Shown here in pieces: positions 12,301-23,044 of a stretch of 64,000 bases of DNA. This stretch comes from Macrostomum hystrix (Eukaryota; Animalia; Platyhelminthes). Location: positions 2,046,001 to 2,110,000 of the forward strand of contig CATNEN010000032.1 of the NCBI GenBank assembly GCA_950097015.1, in the 5' to 3' direction. Numbering within the stretch: the first letter of the stretch is position 1; each line of letters opens with the position of its first letter. The notes under the pieces are model-generated. The model saw only the letters and a program-made list of their open reading frames with translations. It made no database searches and was not told the origin of the DNA. Both the position numbers and the translations under genes were made by a program.

Positions 12301-13303
12301 ACTAGGGATAGACCACGCTATATTCCCCGACTAGGGATAGACGACGCTATATTCCCCCACTAGGGATAGACCACGCTATATTCCCCCTTCCCACTAGGGA
12401 AAGACCACGCTATATTCCCCCACTAGGGATAGACCACGCTATATTCCCCCTTCCCACTAGGGATAGACCACGCTATATTCCCCTTTCCCACTAGGGATAG
12501 ACCACGCTATATTCCCCCTTCCCACTAGGGATAGACCACGCTATATTCCCCCTTCCCACTAGGGATAGACCACGCTATATTCCCCCTTCCCACTAGGGAT
12601 AGACCACGCTATATTCCCCCTTCCCACTAGGGATAGACCACGCTATATTCCCCCACTAGGGATAGACCACGCTATATTCCCCCACTAAGGATAGACCACG
12701 CTATATTCCCCCACTAGGGATAGACCAAATACCCAATACATAGTATTTCAAATACCCACTGCCTAATTCACGATTGCTGCCACACCAAATGACCGATTTT
12801 CGTGAATGCCCACCATATGAATCAAGCCTTTCCACCCCTTAGGATGAACTATCGACGAGATATTCAGTGATTCTTGTCGAAGATCCTGGTGACATGGACA
12901 ACTAAACAGTGCTCTCTTTAAACCCCTCGCCGGCAATGTTATATCTTGTTGGTTTTTGCTATCAGACACCACGACGAGAATCGTTGAATATCTCGACGAT
13001 GCCGATGTTTTGGGAGTCAGGAAGTTGTTTAGTCGGATAGAGCGGAAAATTTTAGCACGCGATTTCTATTTTCAAGGTTATTGGTTGAATATTTTGGGAG
13101 ATGTGGGTATATGTGAGACAAATACGGGTATTGACATGCTCCTTAAGGTATTCTACTCTAAATTTAAATCTGCTAAAAATGGTTGAAACTGAAAGTTAGA
13201 TATAACTATAGACTGAAAGCTTACCCGATGCTGCAGCTGTTGCTGCTAAACACAAGAAGATGATCGCGGCGTGACTACCACTGCGTTGAAAATGATTCGT
13301 CAT
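9336..13303 (-). CDS. Secreted PAN/apple + FReD protein 2 (about 288 aa, 4 exons)
   Basis: Exons 13303-13225 (signal ...AAIIFLCLAATAAAS), 11596-11369 (PAN: TECAVRC...LCAAIAF...CSL), 10338-10210 (VIQQRSKGSLSFARTWTEYENGFGDESDFWIG) and 9766-9336 (YHNGMKFSTMDQDND...GGWWFNYCSSLNPNG). The exon 2 donor is uncertain: GTACAG at 11368 keeps frame, GTGAGT at 11363 does not. Confidence 0.85.
9800..10135 (-). mobile_element. tRNA-derived SINE copy in FReD2 intron 3
   Basis: tRNA-like head (box A/B-like), shared body, AT-rich tail. Confidence 0.8.
10493..11096. repeat. 23-bp minisatellite (gaaggtatgaggtgtagcaacct), FReD2 intron 2
   Basis: Direct tandem units, about 26 copies. Confidence 0.95.
11723..12727. 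repeat. 29/34-bp minisatellite (tagggatagaccacgctatattccccc[ttccc]ac), FReD2 intron 1
   Basis: Direct tandem units in two length variants. Confidence 0.95.
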
Positions 13304-15226
13304 AGTTGCTTGCTGATGCTGTTTTAGCTGTTGCTATGATCTCAAGAGATGCTTATAACTAATGAGAAACTTGTTCATCCAACTCATGAGGATTATATAC
13401 TCATCAGAAATGTTTGATGATTGAATTTAGCATCCATCACTCCTCACATCCGTGCAAACAACGTAACCATCAAGGCTAAAACGTTTTGCGTCGCTCTGGC
13501 TCGCGATTTAATGACAATGGCGCAGGCGGAATATTGGTCAATAATTTATGCACTTCCAAACCAGTTGATACGAGGGTAAATCGCTTGTGCAGAACCCGCC
13601 TACGAGTAGAAATAACTTATGATTTTTGCATGCCTATATAGGGACTAACTGACAGTATTGAAAGCAAAAATATTTTATTGCTAGGCAACACTGGCTCATA
13701 AAATTTGAGTCGTGCTAATACCCCAACCAAAGCCTCTGCCTAAAGCCACGCAATGTTCCGCTCTTGGCCTGTCTATCTGAGAGATATCTAGTGAGCCAGT
13801 ACTGAGTCACGGAACTGCATTGTCGTGAATATATCTAGTGAGCCAGTACTGAGTCACGTGGCTAGATGATCTACTCGTACAACTAACCAGTGTATTTTTC
13901 ACAGAGCTGGAAAGCCCTGGCTTATAAAAAAGTGTCAATACAGAGAACCTATTTCGGGCCAGCCCGAGCATCTGTAAAGCATTTTTATTTCTATAAGACA
14001 AAACTTTAGGGTGATCATTCCATTGGACGAATGTTCACCCAATGAACATACATGATAAACAGCTAGCAGCATTCTCGATAAGTAATTTACAGTTCGTTAA
14101 ATACAACGCAAAATAGTTAATCATAGAGGATTCATTGTGAACTTGATATATATTTGTAAGTTCATATTTTGACCTGGAATCTGAGTAGCGATGCAAGTAG
14201 CGAGTTGCGAATAATATATACGAAATTTATTCATTCAGTTGCCGTGAAGCTTGCACGGTACTTTTGGTCGCTGAACCAGCGTACCGATGATCTGGTTCTG
14301 GAAGGTAAACACTTTGATGCGATCGAACACAAATAGAAACACCAGCAGCATTGACACGTACTGGACCCAAGCCCACTTGATCAGATGCCAGAAGCCTGGC
14401 AAGTACATAATCCTCGCAGGCGGATAGTGCACGGTGGCGTTTAGCCTAAACGGCTCGTTGGTCGGTCGGCCAGTTTCCCATACGTACAGAGCGTGCTCGA
14501 ACATCGTGCTCACTGGGTGGGATTGAGGTGCGACTTAGTGTTTTCTACTTTGATTCTCTAATCCCAGAAAAATAATATACTCGTACATTAGCTAGATTCT
14601 CTAACCCCACAAACATAATGTACATTAGCTATATTCTCTAACCCCACAAACATAATGTACATTAGCTAGATTCTCTAACCCCACAAATATAATATACATT
14701 AGCTAGATTCTCTAACCCCACAAACATAATGTACATTAGCTATATTCTCTAACCCCACAAACATAATAAACATTAGCTAGATTCTCTGACCCCACAAACA
14801 TAATATACATTAGCTAGATTCTCTAACCCCACAAACATAATATACATTAGCTAGATTCTCTAACCCCACAAACATAATATACATTAGCTAGATTCTCTAA
14901 CCCCACAAACATAATATACATTAGCTAGATTCTCTAACCCCACAAACATAATATACATTAGCTAGATTCTCTAACCCCACAAACATAATATACATTAGCT
15001 AGATTCTCTAACCCCACAAACATAATGTACATTAGCTAGATTCTCTAACCCCACAAACATAATGTACATTAGCTAGATTCTCTGACCCCACAAACATAAT
15101 ATACATTAGCTAGATTCTCTGACCCCACAAACATAATATACATTAGCTAGATTCTCTGACCCCACAAACATAATAAACATTAGCTAGATTCTCTAACCCC
15201 AAATCTCCGAATCTCCGAAATCTCCG

Positions 15227-15582
15227 AACACCAGCAGCATTGACACGTACTGGACCCAAGCCCACTTGATCAGATGCCAGAAGCCTGGCAAGTACATAAT
15301 CCTCGCAGGCGGATAGTGCACGGTGGCGTTTAGCCTAAACGGCTCGTTGGTCGGTCGGCCAGTTTCCCATACGTACAGAGCGTGCTCGAACATCGTGCTC
15401 ACTGGGTGGGATTGAGGTGCGACTTAGTGTTTTCTACTTTGATTCTCTAATCCCAGAAAAATAATATACTCGTACATTAGCTAGATTCTCTAACCCCACA
15501 AACATAATGTACATTAGCTATATTCTCTAACCCCACAAACATAATGTACATTAGCTAGATTCTCTAACCCCACAAATATAAT
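15227..15582 (-). repeat. Exact tandem duplication of 14338-14693, including the 5' part of the TMEM231 last exon and its acceptor
   Basis: Identical sequence at an 889-bp offset; translation MSTMFEHALY...MLLVF then diverges to GDFGDSEIWG*. Confidence 0.95.
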
Positions 15583-16285
15583 TGTGACGTTGTCACTTGT
15601 TGAAGGCATCCCTGCGCCCCTACAATATTACTCTATGCGTTGATTATATGCTTAATTTCCAAATTATGTACTTGCGAGGGCCGTTTTAGCTCATCGTATC
15701 ATATTATCCAATTCTGTTAATTTATATTAGTAAGTCAAATTATTAGTGCGCTACTGTCAGTAACCATAAACGTATATCGCGCCACTCTAGCTATTTACTA
15801 CGCGTATCGTAATGTATTTTCCCCCCGGCCAATGAGCGTGCGAGCTCTGGTTGGCCGGAAGTATCGATCGCTGTGTTTTTCAATCAGCCTAGTTTACTTA
15901 ACCAAGGGCTTCAGGCCCGCTCGCGCTTTACTTTCCTTTCGTGCGGCTTTCTTTCCTTCCCGCTCGCGCTCCACTGGTTCTGGTTCTGCGCTCCACTGGT
16001 TCTTTCTTCCTCACTTTCGTTCTTGCGCTCTTCCGTTATCGCCATTCTCGCTCTTCTACGTTTCGTGCCGCGACTTTTCTCACTCACTACACTCCACTAC
16101 ATTCGGTTCTGACACTCACCATTACGAGCTCCTACGCCTTACATTACACCCTGCTTGTCGACGTCCCAGTGCATACGGAATAAAAGTGCTACCGCTACGT
16201 CACCAACATTACTGACTTTGAATTGCCGAACTTACAATTGCCGCTGCTCAGACTTCGATTTCGTCCTTTGTGTTTAATCGTCACA
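15583..16285 (+). mobile_element. Solo LTR (703 bp)
   Basis: Termini TGTGACG...CGTCACA, 5-bp target duplication ATAAT on both sides, AATAAA near 16178 (basis for the strand call), no internal coding region. Confidence 0.85.
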
Positions 16286-18385
16286 ATAATATACATTAGC
16301 TAGATTCTCTAACCCCACAAACATAATGTACATTAGCTATATTCTCTAACCCCACAAACATAATAAACATTAGCTAGATTCTCTGACCCCACAAACATAA
16401 TATACATTAGCTAGATTCTCTAACCCCACAAACATAATATACATTAGCTAGATTCTCTAACCCCACAAACATAATATACATTAGCTAGATTCTCTAACCC
16501 CACAAACATAATATACATTAGCTAGATTCTCTAACCCCACAAACATAATATACATTAGCTAGATTCTCTAACCCCACAAACATAATATACATTAGCTAGA
16601 TTCTCTAACCCCACAAACATAATGTACATTAGCTAGATTCTCTAACCCCACAAACATAATGTACATTAGCTAGATTCTCTGACCCCACAAACATAATATA
16701 CATTAGCTAGATTCTCTGACCCCACAAACATAATAAACATTAGCTAGATTCTCTGACCCCACAAACATAATAAACATTAGCTAGATTCTCTAACCCCACA
16801 AACATAATAAACATTAGCTAGATTCTCTGACCCCACAAACATAATACATTAGCTACCTTAAGGTAGATTCTCAAAACCACAAGCTGAATGTGCATAAGCA
16901 AGATTCTCTATTCCCACAAGGATCATGTACATCAACTACCGTCTCGTTTACTGACTTTTGTTGCATTAAAAAGTCGAATAAACTAGATTATCTTGACTCT
17001 CATCAAAATGAATTTACATTAACTATGTTTTGATCTTACCCCGCAAACAGATGGTACATTAGCTGAGAAATTTAAGAAAAGCAAAGCCTTCGCCATTTCG
17101 TTTTTGATAGTCGGAGAAAATCTTCGACAACTGATAATCCGAGCTGATGACGTTAGTGCCGGGCACGACGGACACCTGCTGCGGAGATTGAACGAATCTT
17201 ATTGCTTTTAAAATTTCCTAATTTTCGTCTTATTCGTAATAAATAGTTCTGAAGTCTCACATTGTAGCGCACATCGGTGCCTGTATACTTTAGCGGAGTT
17301 TTCTGTTTGAAGCTCAGCTGGCCGCTGGCCGACAGAGAAGCTCCCGGCCGACTTGACGAATAGTCCAAATAGGCCATGCACTGCATCGCGAATGAGGACA
17401 TTTTCTGCGGAGTTCGGAGACAATTTAGCCGAATTAATTACACTGAGTCAATAACAGGATTTACGTGGACCGATAATATAATTCCACCCTATCCATAGCA
17501 GTATTTTTCATAATCCATAGCGGGATTCCCTTCGATCGATAACGGAATTCCCTTCGATCGATAGCGGGATTTCCCTTCCGTCAATAACAGGGTTCCCTTC
17601 AATCGATGATAGGATTCGCTTTAGAGAGTAGCAGCGATCTCTCTTTCATCTATAAATACATTCTATGATTCTATTACTTCTATAGCAGCTTACGGTCAAT
17701 TCGTAGTCAAATAAAAGGATGAGCTTTGCTGCCAGAATGTTCTCGCTAGATGCGAGTGGAGCCTCAATCTGGACATGCAACGATTCGTATTTTCCGTCCA
17801 AGTTGGAGTCAACCTCAGTGACCTTCATTTGTACAACCAGAAGGTTTGCCTGCTGCAGGGCATTCAGATTTGACATCGTGCTCCAGGTCCACTGGCTTGT
17901 ACTGGTGCTGAGCAGCAAAATAGCCTGGTACTTGAACCGCACATCGGGCTGCTAAGTGTAGAAGTCCTCCTTCTTCCAAAAGCCTGTTCGGTTTTATGGA
18001 ATATTTGCATATACATTCTGTCAGTTCCAAGACTATATAATATTTTTTTGTTTATCTCTTATATCGGAGTAAAAAGTTTTCGTGGGAAAATAAGTGATTC
18101 AATTTGAACAACAATCATCGGTTGATGATAGTGTGACGAATAAATGTAAGGATGTTATGTAATTAAGTTTGTTAGTATATTGTCAAAGTGCTCTCGATGC
18201 ACACACGCTGGTTACAAGAAAAATATACATACGTTGCTTTTTAAAAAGGCTTCTTAGACTGATACAGTATAACAATAATTAGTAACCACGCATAGCAAAT
18301 AAATAATCTTGACCGCAACTTAATATGTATGAATTATTAAAATAAAATAATAAGCAATTAACTGACTCAAAGTTACACCGTCACA

Positions 18386-18399
18386 CCCGCCTCCCTCCC
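18386..18399 (-). promoter_or_regulatory. Polypurine tract of the Gypsy element
   Basis: GGGAGGGAGGCGGG immediately before the 3' LTR on the minus strand. Confidence 0.85.
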
Positions 18400-18813
18400 G
18401 AAAAGGCGGTAGGTGGGCGCAAAAAAATCGAAAGCATTAAATTACGATAAATAGCTAGTATAAATGTCTCTAAGCGTCGAACAACGTGAAAGGGTGTTTA
18501 AAAACGAAGCAAACTAAATTTTTCTTCGCAAGCAACCTACTACGAGTAATATTGCTGGAAACGACAATCGAAAACGAATATTCTTGGTCACAAAATTGGC
18601 ACGAAAATATTTGACTGATTTAGGAAATTAAAATGCACTGAAGTTTATGGCGGAAACACGATATGAAAAAATATTGATTTAGAGATATTTGTTAGAACTG
18701 TTTTAGTATTGATTATAGTCCAAGTTATCATATAAAAATTTCTGACTAGATCGTTGTACGATGTGGTGCTCTACAAGTCATTTACGGAGTTCGAGGCAAC
18801 GTCACGGTCGCGC

Positions 18814-18995
18814 CTGTGGTGACCCTGGAACGCCTGTTGTGGCCTTGATCGCCTGTGGTGGCCCTGGAACGCCTGTTGTGGCCTTGATCGCCTGTGGTGG
18901 CCCTGGAACGCCTGTTGTGGCCTTGATCGCCTGTTGTGGCCCTGGAACGCCTGTTGTGGCCCTGGAACGCCTGTTGTGGCCTTGATCGCCTGTTG
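18814..18995. repeat. 39-bp tandem repeat inside the Gypsy 3' non-coding region
   Basis: ctggaacgcctgttgtggccttgatcgcctgtggtggcc, about 4.5 copies. Confidence 0.85.
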
Positions 18996-19503
18996 TGCAG
19001 CAGCCACCGACGTCTTGGCAGCTGGCGGCACTGGCCTGCCCGCCCCTTTACTAACTAACTGAGCCACCCGCCCGAGAAGAGAAGGAAAGGAGAGAGAAGA
19101 CAAAACCGACGACCTAAACTCACGAAAATGATGCCAGGAACCCGAGAAATGAACAGAGAGTGCTCGCTGCACCGCCAACCCTACAGCCCGAAGTGCAGGC
19201 ATCTCACTGAACAGTAAGTGCGGCAAGCGACGCAACCCGATCAACGCAGCGCCTGCAATCTCCACGGACTAACAGCAACCTGGTATCCGATACAAAGAAA
19301 TAACATAATGTCAAATTTTAGTTCCTTTAAATTGTTTTTATTATCATTACTTCTTTTAATTTTCTGAAAAACTTTTCTTCTATTTTTTTTTGACGTTTTT
19401 TTCATATTTTCTCATTAACAAGATAAACTTATTACCTAGTTTAATACAGTAAGAACTTGAGATGTAGGCGGCGAAATATTTGCTACATGTATGAGCTAAC
19501 TCC

Positions 19504-22500
19504 CTAGGTGCACGTAGGCGCGTTTGTCGAACGTCTAGTACAAAATCGCACCACTCTGTTTAGAAAACGTTGAGGCTTGCGCACCTGACGACCGGAACGG
19601 GTCGTCATGACCGGAGAAAGTGTGGAACCAGCACTTGCCGGTTCACTTGGTGCCACCAAGTCCTCAGCTTGTTGATCTGCGCCGGAACTTTCCACGGCGT
19701 CTTCATCTAATGACGCCCCAGGCCTGGTGTCACTGTTATCACCTAAGCTTTTCGAGCTTATACTTTCGTCTACTGCTGCAATGGTGCTGTTGGAGTGAAT
19801 CACCTGGGGTTCAAACCCCTGTTCAGCTAGGATTTGCACCTCCGCTCCGACCTCAGGTACTTCATCCGGCCGTATCGCTACAAGAGAAGTTTCCAAGGCT
19901 GCTGGCGGCGAATCCGGAGGCAAGGTGCGTCGTGAGTCAGGCGACGTCACACGCGGTGGTTCAGTCGGCAAGATGTGTTGTAGTTCAGGCGACGATGCGC
20001 GTCGTGGCTCAGGCGGCTCGGTGTGTGCCGACACAACCGACACCGCAGCGTAAGATGGACATCGGACTTCGTCCTCTGAGGAGTCCGAACTTTCACTGGC
20101 GCGTCTTTCGCATGGGTGATGCTCTTCTGACTCGCTGGTCGTTCCTGGACTAGGGTCAGCTCGACCCACTGACTGATCATCTAACAGGCCCAACCGCGAT
20201 GGTGGGATCATGGCTGGAACCCTCAGTCCAAATCTGTCCACAACATCCTGATACGTCTGTTTACGAATGCAGCGCTTAATGCGGTCTACATTGTAAATGT
20301 TGTGATTTGGATTCGGGGCTTGGCAAAGTGGGTTAACCCGGGCGAACTCGGGTATGAGGCGGTAGTTTCGCTCGGAAATCTTTTGAACCACCTTGTACGG
20401 CCCTAGCCACACAGCCGTGTCCAATCCTCGATGGTCAGGGTTCAGAACCCAGACAAGTTCGCCGATTTCGAAGTTAGAATGGATGGTGTTGCGGTCATAA
20501 TTCCGCCTTTGTCTTTGCTGGGCCTTGCCTCGCACCTGACGAGCAATTGCAGACACCTCCACCAAGAGTTTGTGAAGCCTGTGGGCGTAGGAGTCTGGAT
20601 TATACCGGTCTTGTCTTGGAGGGTTGAACTTTAGATCCAGTGGCAGGGTGAGCTCGCGGCCAAAGAAGAGTCTGGCTGGAGTCCATCCTGTTGATTCGGC
20701 CGTGGTGCTTCTGATAGAGAGGCCTACTAGCTGGGCTGCAAACGGCCAGTTTATTCTTTTTTCAAGGCAAACAGCGCGGATCTGGGCTTTGATCGTCTGC
20801 ACTGTTCGCTCCGCTTTGCCGTTTGCCTGTGGTCTGCGCGCGGTGATTCGCGATAGGTCTACTTCTAGTAGACGGGCGAGTTCGGCAATGGTCTTGTTTA
20901 CAAATGCTGTTCCATTATCTGAAATCAAGCTCTCCATGGCACCATAGCGGACAACCCACTCAGTTAGAATGGCTGTAGCAGTTGTTTCGGCAGACACATC
21001 AGAGACAGGTATGATCTCCACAAATCCTGAAAAATTGTCGACTAAGATTAGCAGGTACCGACTGCCGTCTAGTTCAGGGAATGGACCTGCGTGGTCTGCA
21101 TGTACGATTTGATTCGGGTATCCTGATTGGATTGGTTTCAGAGGTTCTTTATTCAAGCGTTTGCTTTTCTTCGTCCGACTACAGATCTCGCACTCCGCTA
21201 TTACACCTTTGACAAACACTTCCAGGTTTGTGATTTGAAACCTCTGCTTCAATGCTCGAACTGTTTTACCAGTTCCACAGTGGTTGATTTCCCTGTGATA
21301 GCAGGACACTAGCTCGTCGATATCCGCAGTTTCAGGTATAATGACGAGACGTTTGGCTATTTGACCTTGCTTGGCGGGCTTGACGCGAATCAACAGACCG
21401 TCCACAACCTCAAGCTCGTCAAACATGGCCCACAACGTTCGGATTTCACGACTACAGTCCTGAACTTCCTCTTTCTTTAGCTTCGGAGATTTCCCTGCAA
21501 CAGCTTCGATGAGCCTGACTAGGTCCGTGCTAGACTCTTGTGCATCTCTGGCCCAAATGTTCTCAGCTTCCTGAGACATCTCATCTTCGTCTGAGTCTTC
21601 TTCCAATTGTTCTACTTGATCTGTCCGAGACGTGTGTTGGCTTTGATTGGCTCCGATCTCACCTGACATCTGAGGTATGGGAGCAAGCGCAAACTGATTT
21701 TCTGACACCTCATTGGGTTGATCAGATAGTACGGTTGCAGATGATGGTAATGTGCATGTACTGTCCTGTTGTACAGGAATGTTTGATGTTCGACTGATGA
21801 CATTTGGTTGCTCCGTTTGCGTTTCTGTTGTCGCCATTTTTGCGTCGGCTTCATGTCTATCTCTGGTCGTCAATTCAGTTTTTGTGACTACAGAGTCGCT
21901 ACCTGACTGAGGTTGTGTCTTGCAGAGTTCTGGTGGTGGTTCTGTTTGACTGGAAGTGTCTGTTCGTGTGGCTCTCAGTTGTACTGGTACCTGAACGAAC
22001 TCTTGATCCTTCTGGTTTTCTTTTCCTTCTAAGCTTCTAAACTTCTCATTGAAAGCTTCGATCTGGCTACATGTAGGACAGTCGTGATGGTCAGCCCTAA
22101 ATCTTGGATTACGACTAAGCACATCTGCGTTGACATGCTTGACTCCTGCACGATGCTCAACAGAGAAGTCATATTCAGCCAGCCGCTCTAGGGGTGTTTG
22201 ACTCACGCTGAAGTCATACACTTCGATCGTAGCTAGCCATTGTGCTAGCATACCTGTGGAGTGCTTCTTAGTGTGTAGCCATTGTAGGGCGGCTGCGTCT
22301 GAGCGCACAAGAAACTTACGGTCCAGCAGATATGTTCGAAAATGTTCCAGCATGATGACAAGTCCAAGTAATTCACGCATCGTGGCGCAGTAATTCCTCT
22401 GCGATTGAGTGAATTTTTTCGAAGCATATGCAACGACGTGCTCCTGACCACCTGGACCTTCTTGTGACAAAACGCCGCCAACTCCTTCCAGCGAGGAGTC

Positions 22501-23001
22501 GCAATCTAAGATGAAGAGTCTAGCTGACGGACTGAGGTTAGGGTACGCAAGGATTGGAGGCGCGCACAAATTTGCTTTCAGCTCTTCGAAAGCTTTGTCA
22601 TGCTGCTCCAGCCAGCAGAATGTCGACGATCCTTTAGCTAGCGCATACAGCGGCGATGCGATCACGGAAAAACGTTGCACGAACTTTCTATAATAGTTCG
22701 CGAATCCTAGGAACGCTAATAATTGCTTTTTATCTGATGGTTTGCACCAATTCTTAACCGCGTCGATCTTCGCTGGGTCGGCTTCGATTCCATGAGCTGA
22801 AACAACGAAGCCTAAGAACCGAACGCGATCCTTGAAAAGTTCACATTTAGCTGGTTTAATTTTAAGGTTTGCCTTTTTAAGTTGCCAGAGGACAAGCGCC
22901 AAGTGGACGATCATTTCGTCATTGTCCCTGGCCTTTATGATTATATCATCTAGATAAATAAGACTAACGCGCATGAGTAAAGGCCTGAACACTTTGTGCA
23001 T
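19504..23001 (-). CDS. Truncated Gypsy pol ORF (C-terminal RT, RNase H, integrase; 1165 aa)
   Basis: YLDD; RNase H LDCDSS...AYASK...RELL; HVNADVLSR; HHCC zinc finger; DDE core (HADHAGP, ISDNG, GKAER); GPY motif; low-complexity tail. Confidence 0.95.
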   Translation of the reverse strand: MHKVFRPLLMRVSLIYLDDIIIKARDNDEMIVHLALVLWQLKKANLKIKPAKCELFKDRVRFLGFVVSAHGIEADPAKIDAVKNWCKPSDKKQLLAFLGFANYYRKFVQRFSVIASPLYALAKGSSTFCWLEQHDKAFEELKANLCAPPILAYPNLSPSARLFILDCDSSLEGVGGVLSQEGPGGQEHVVAYASKKFTQSQRNYCATMRELLGLVIMLEHFRTYLLDRKFLVRSDAAALQWLHTKKHSTGMLAQWLATIEVYDFSVSQTPLERLAEYDFSVEHRAGVKHVNADVLSRNPRFRADHHDCPTCSQIEAFNEKFRSLEGKENQKDQEFVQVPVQLRATRTDTSSQTEPPPELCKTQPQSGSDSVVTKTELTTRDRHEADAKMATTETQTEQPNVISRTSNIPVQQDSTCTLPSSATVLSDQPNEVSENQFALAPIPQMSGEIGANQSQHTSRTDQVEQLEEDSDEDEMSQEAENIWARDAQESSTDLVRLIEAVAGKSPKLKKEEVQDCSREIRTLWAMFDELEVVDGLLIRVKPAKQGQIAKRLVIIPETADIDELVSCYHREINHCGTGKTVRALKQRFQITNLEVFVKGVIAECEICSRTKKSKRLNKEPLKPIQSGYPNQIVHADHAGPFPELDGSRYLLILVDNFSGFVEIIPVSDVSAETTATAILTEWVVRYGAMESLISDNGTAFVNKTIAELARLLEVDLSRITARRPQANGKAERTVQTIKAQIRAVCLEKRINWPFAAQLVGLSIRSTTAESTGWTPARLFFGRELTLPLDLKFNPPRQDRYNPDSYAHRLHKLLVEVSAIARQVRGKAQQRQRRNYDRNTIHSNFEIGELVWVLNPDHRGLDTAVWLGPYKVVQKISERNYRLIPEFARVNPLCQAPNPNHNIYNVDRIKRCIRKQTYQDVVDRFGLRVPAMIPPSRLGLLDDQSVGRADPSPGTTSESEEHHPCERRASESSDSSEDEVRCPSYAAVSVVSAHTEPPEPRRASSPELQHILPTEPPRVTSPDSRRTLPPDSPPAALETSLVAIRPDEVPEVGAEVQILAEQGFEPQVIHSNSTIAAVDESISSKSLGDNSDTRPGASLDEDAVESSGADQQAEDLVAPSEPASAGSTLSPVMTTRSGRQVRKPQRFLNRVVRFCTRRSTNAPTCT

Positions 23002-23027
23002 AAGCTTGGCAAAGTTTGCCGGTGCTG

Positions 23028-23044
23028 TCTCGGTGGGACCTCCA
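23028..23044 (-). promoter_or_regulatory. Primer-binding site complementary to the tRNA-Gln 3' end
   Basis: TGGAGGTCCCACCGAGA 6 nt downstream of the 5' LTR; complementary to the recalled metazoan tRNA-Gln end TCTCGGTGGGACCT-CCA. Confidence 0.85.

Larger units (their letters stand above)
14583..16855. repeat. 37-bp minisatellite (acattagctagattctctaaccccacaaacataatat) in three blocks: 14583-15200, 15472-15582, 16286-16855
   Basis: Direct tandem units, interrupted by the duplicated exon fragment and the solo LTR. Confidence 0.95.
14235..17983 (-). pseudogene. TMEM231: TMEM231 (ciliary transition-zone protein), probably disabled copy
   Basis: Exons 17983-17694 (GFWKKEDFYT*QPDVRFKY...DSNLDGK...LFDYELT), 17404-17261 (MQCMAY...GQLSFKQKTPL...DVRYN), 17175-17094 (VSVVPGTN...YQKRN, GC donor) and 14512-14235 (YLPGFWHLIKWAWVQYVSMLLVF). 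In-frame TAG at 17954-17952; first coding exon not found. Confidence 0.8.

Noticed and set aside
11723-12727. CRISPR-like appearance of regular 23-46 bp repeats
   Set aside because: No unique spacers, no cas genes, eukaryotic intron context.
13784-13858. 28-bp direct repeat (atatctagtgagccagtactgagtcacg) twice
   Set aside because: A two-copy local duplication with no associated element or function evident.
15832-16215. ORFs inside the solo LTR
   Set aside because: Low-complexity pyrimidine-rich translations with no domain similarity.
17940-17960. TAG or the following CAG serving as an alternative acceptor that rescues TMEM231
   Set aside because: Both would give phase 0, whereas the upstream acceptor implies a phase-1 junction, and the conserved FWKK segment would be lost.
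18771-19265. Possible accessory or env-like ORF in the Gypsy 3' region
   Set aside because: Non-ATG start, largely made of the 39-bp repeat, no TM or recognisable motif.
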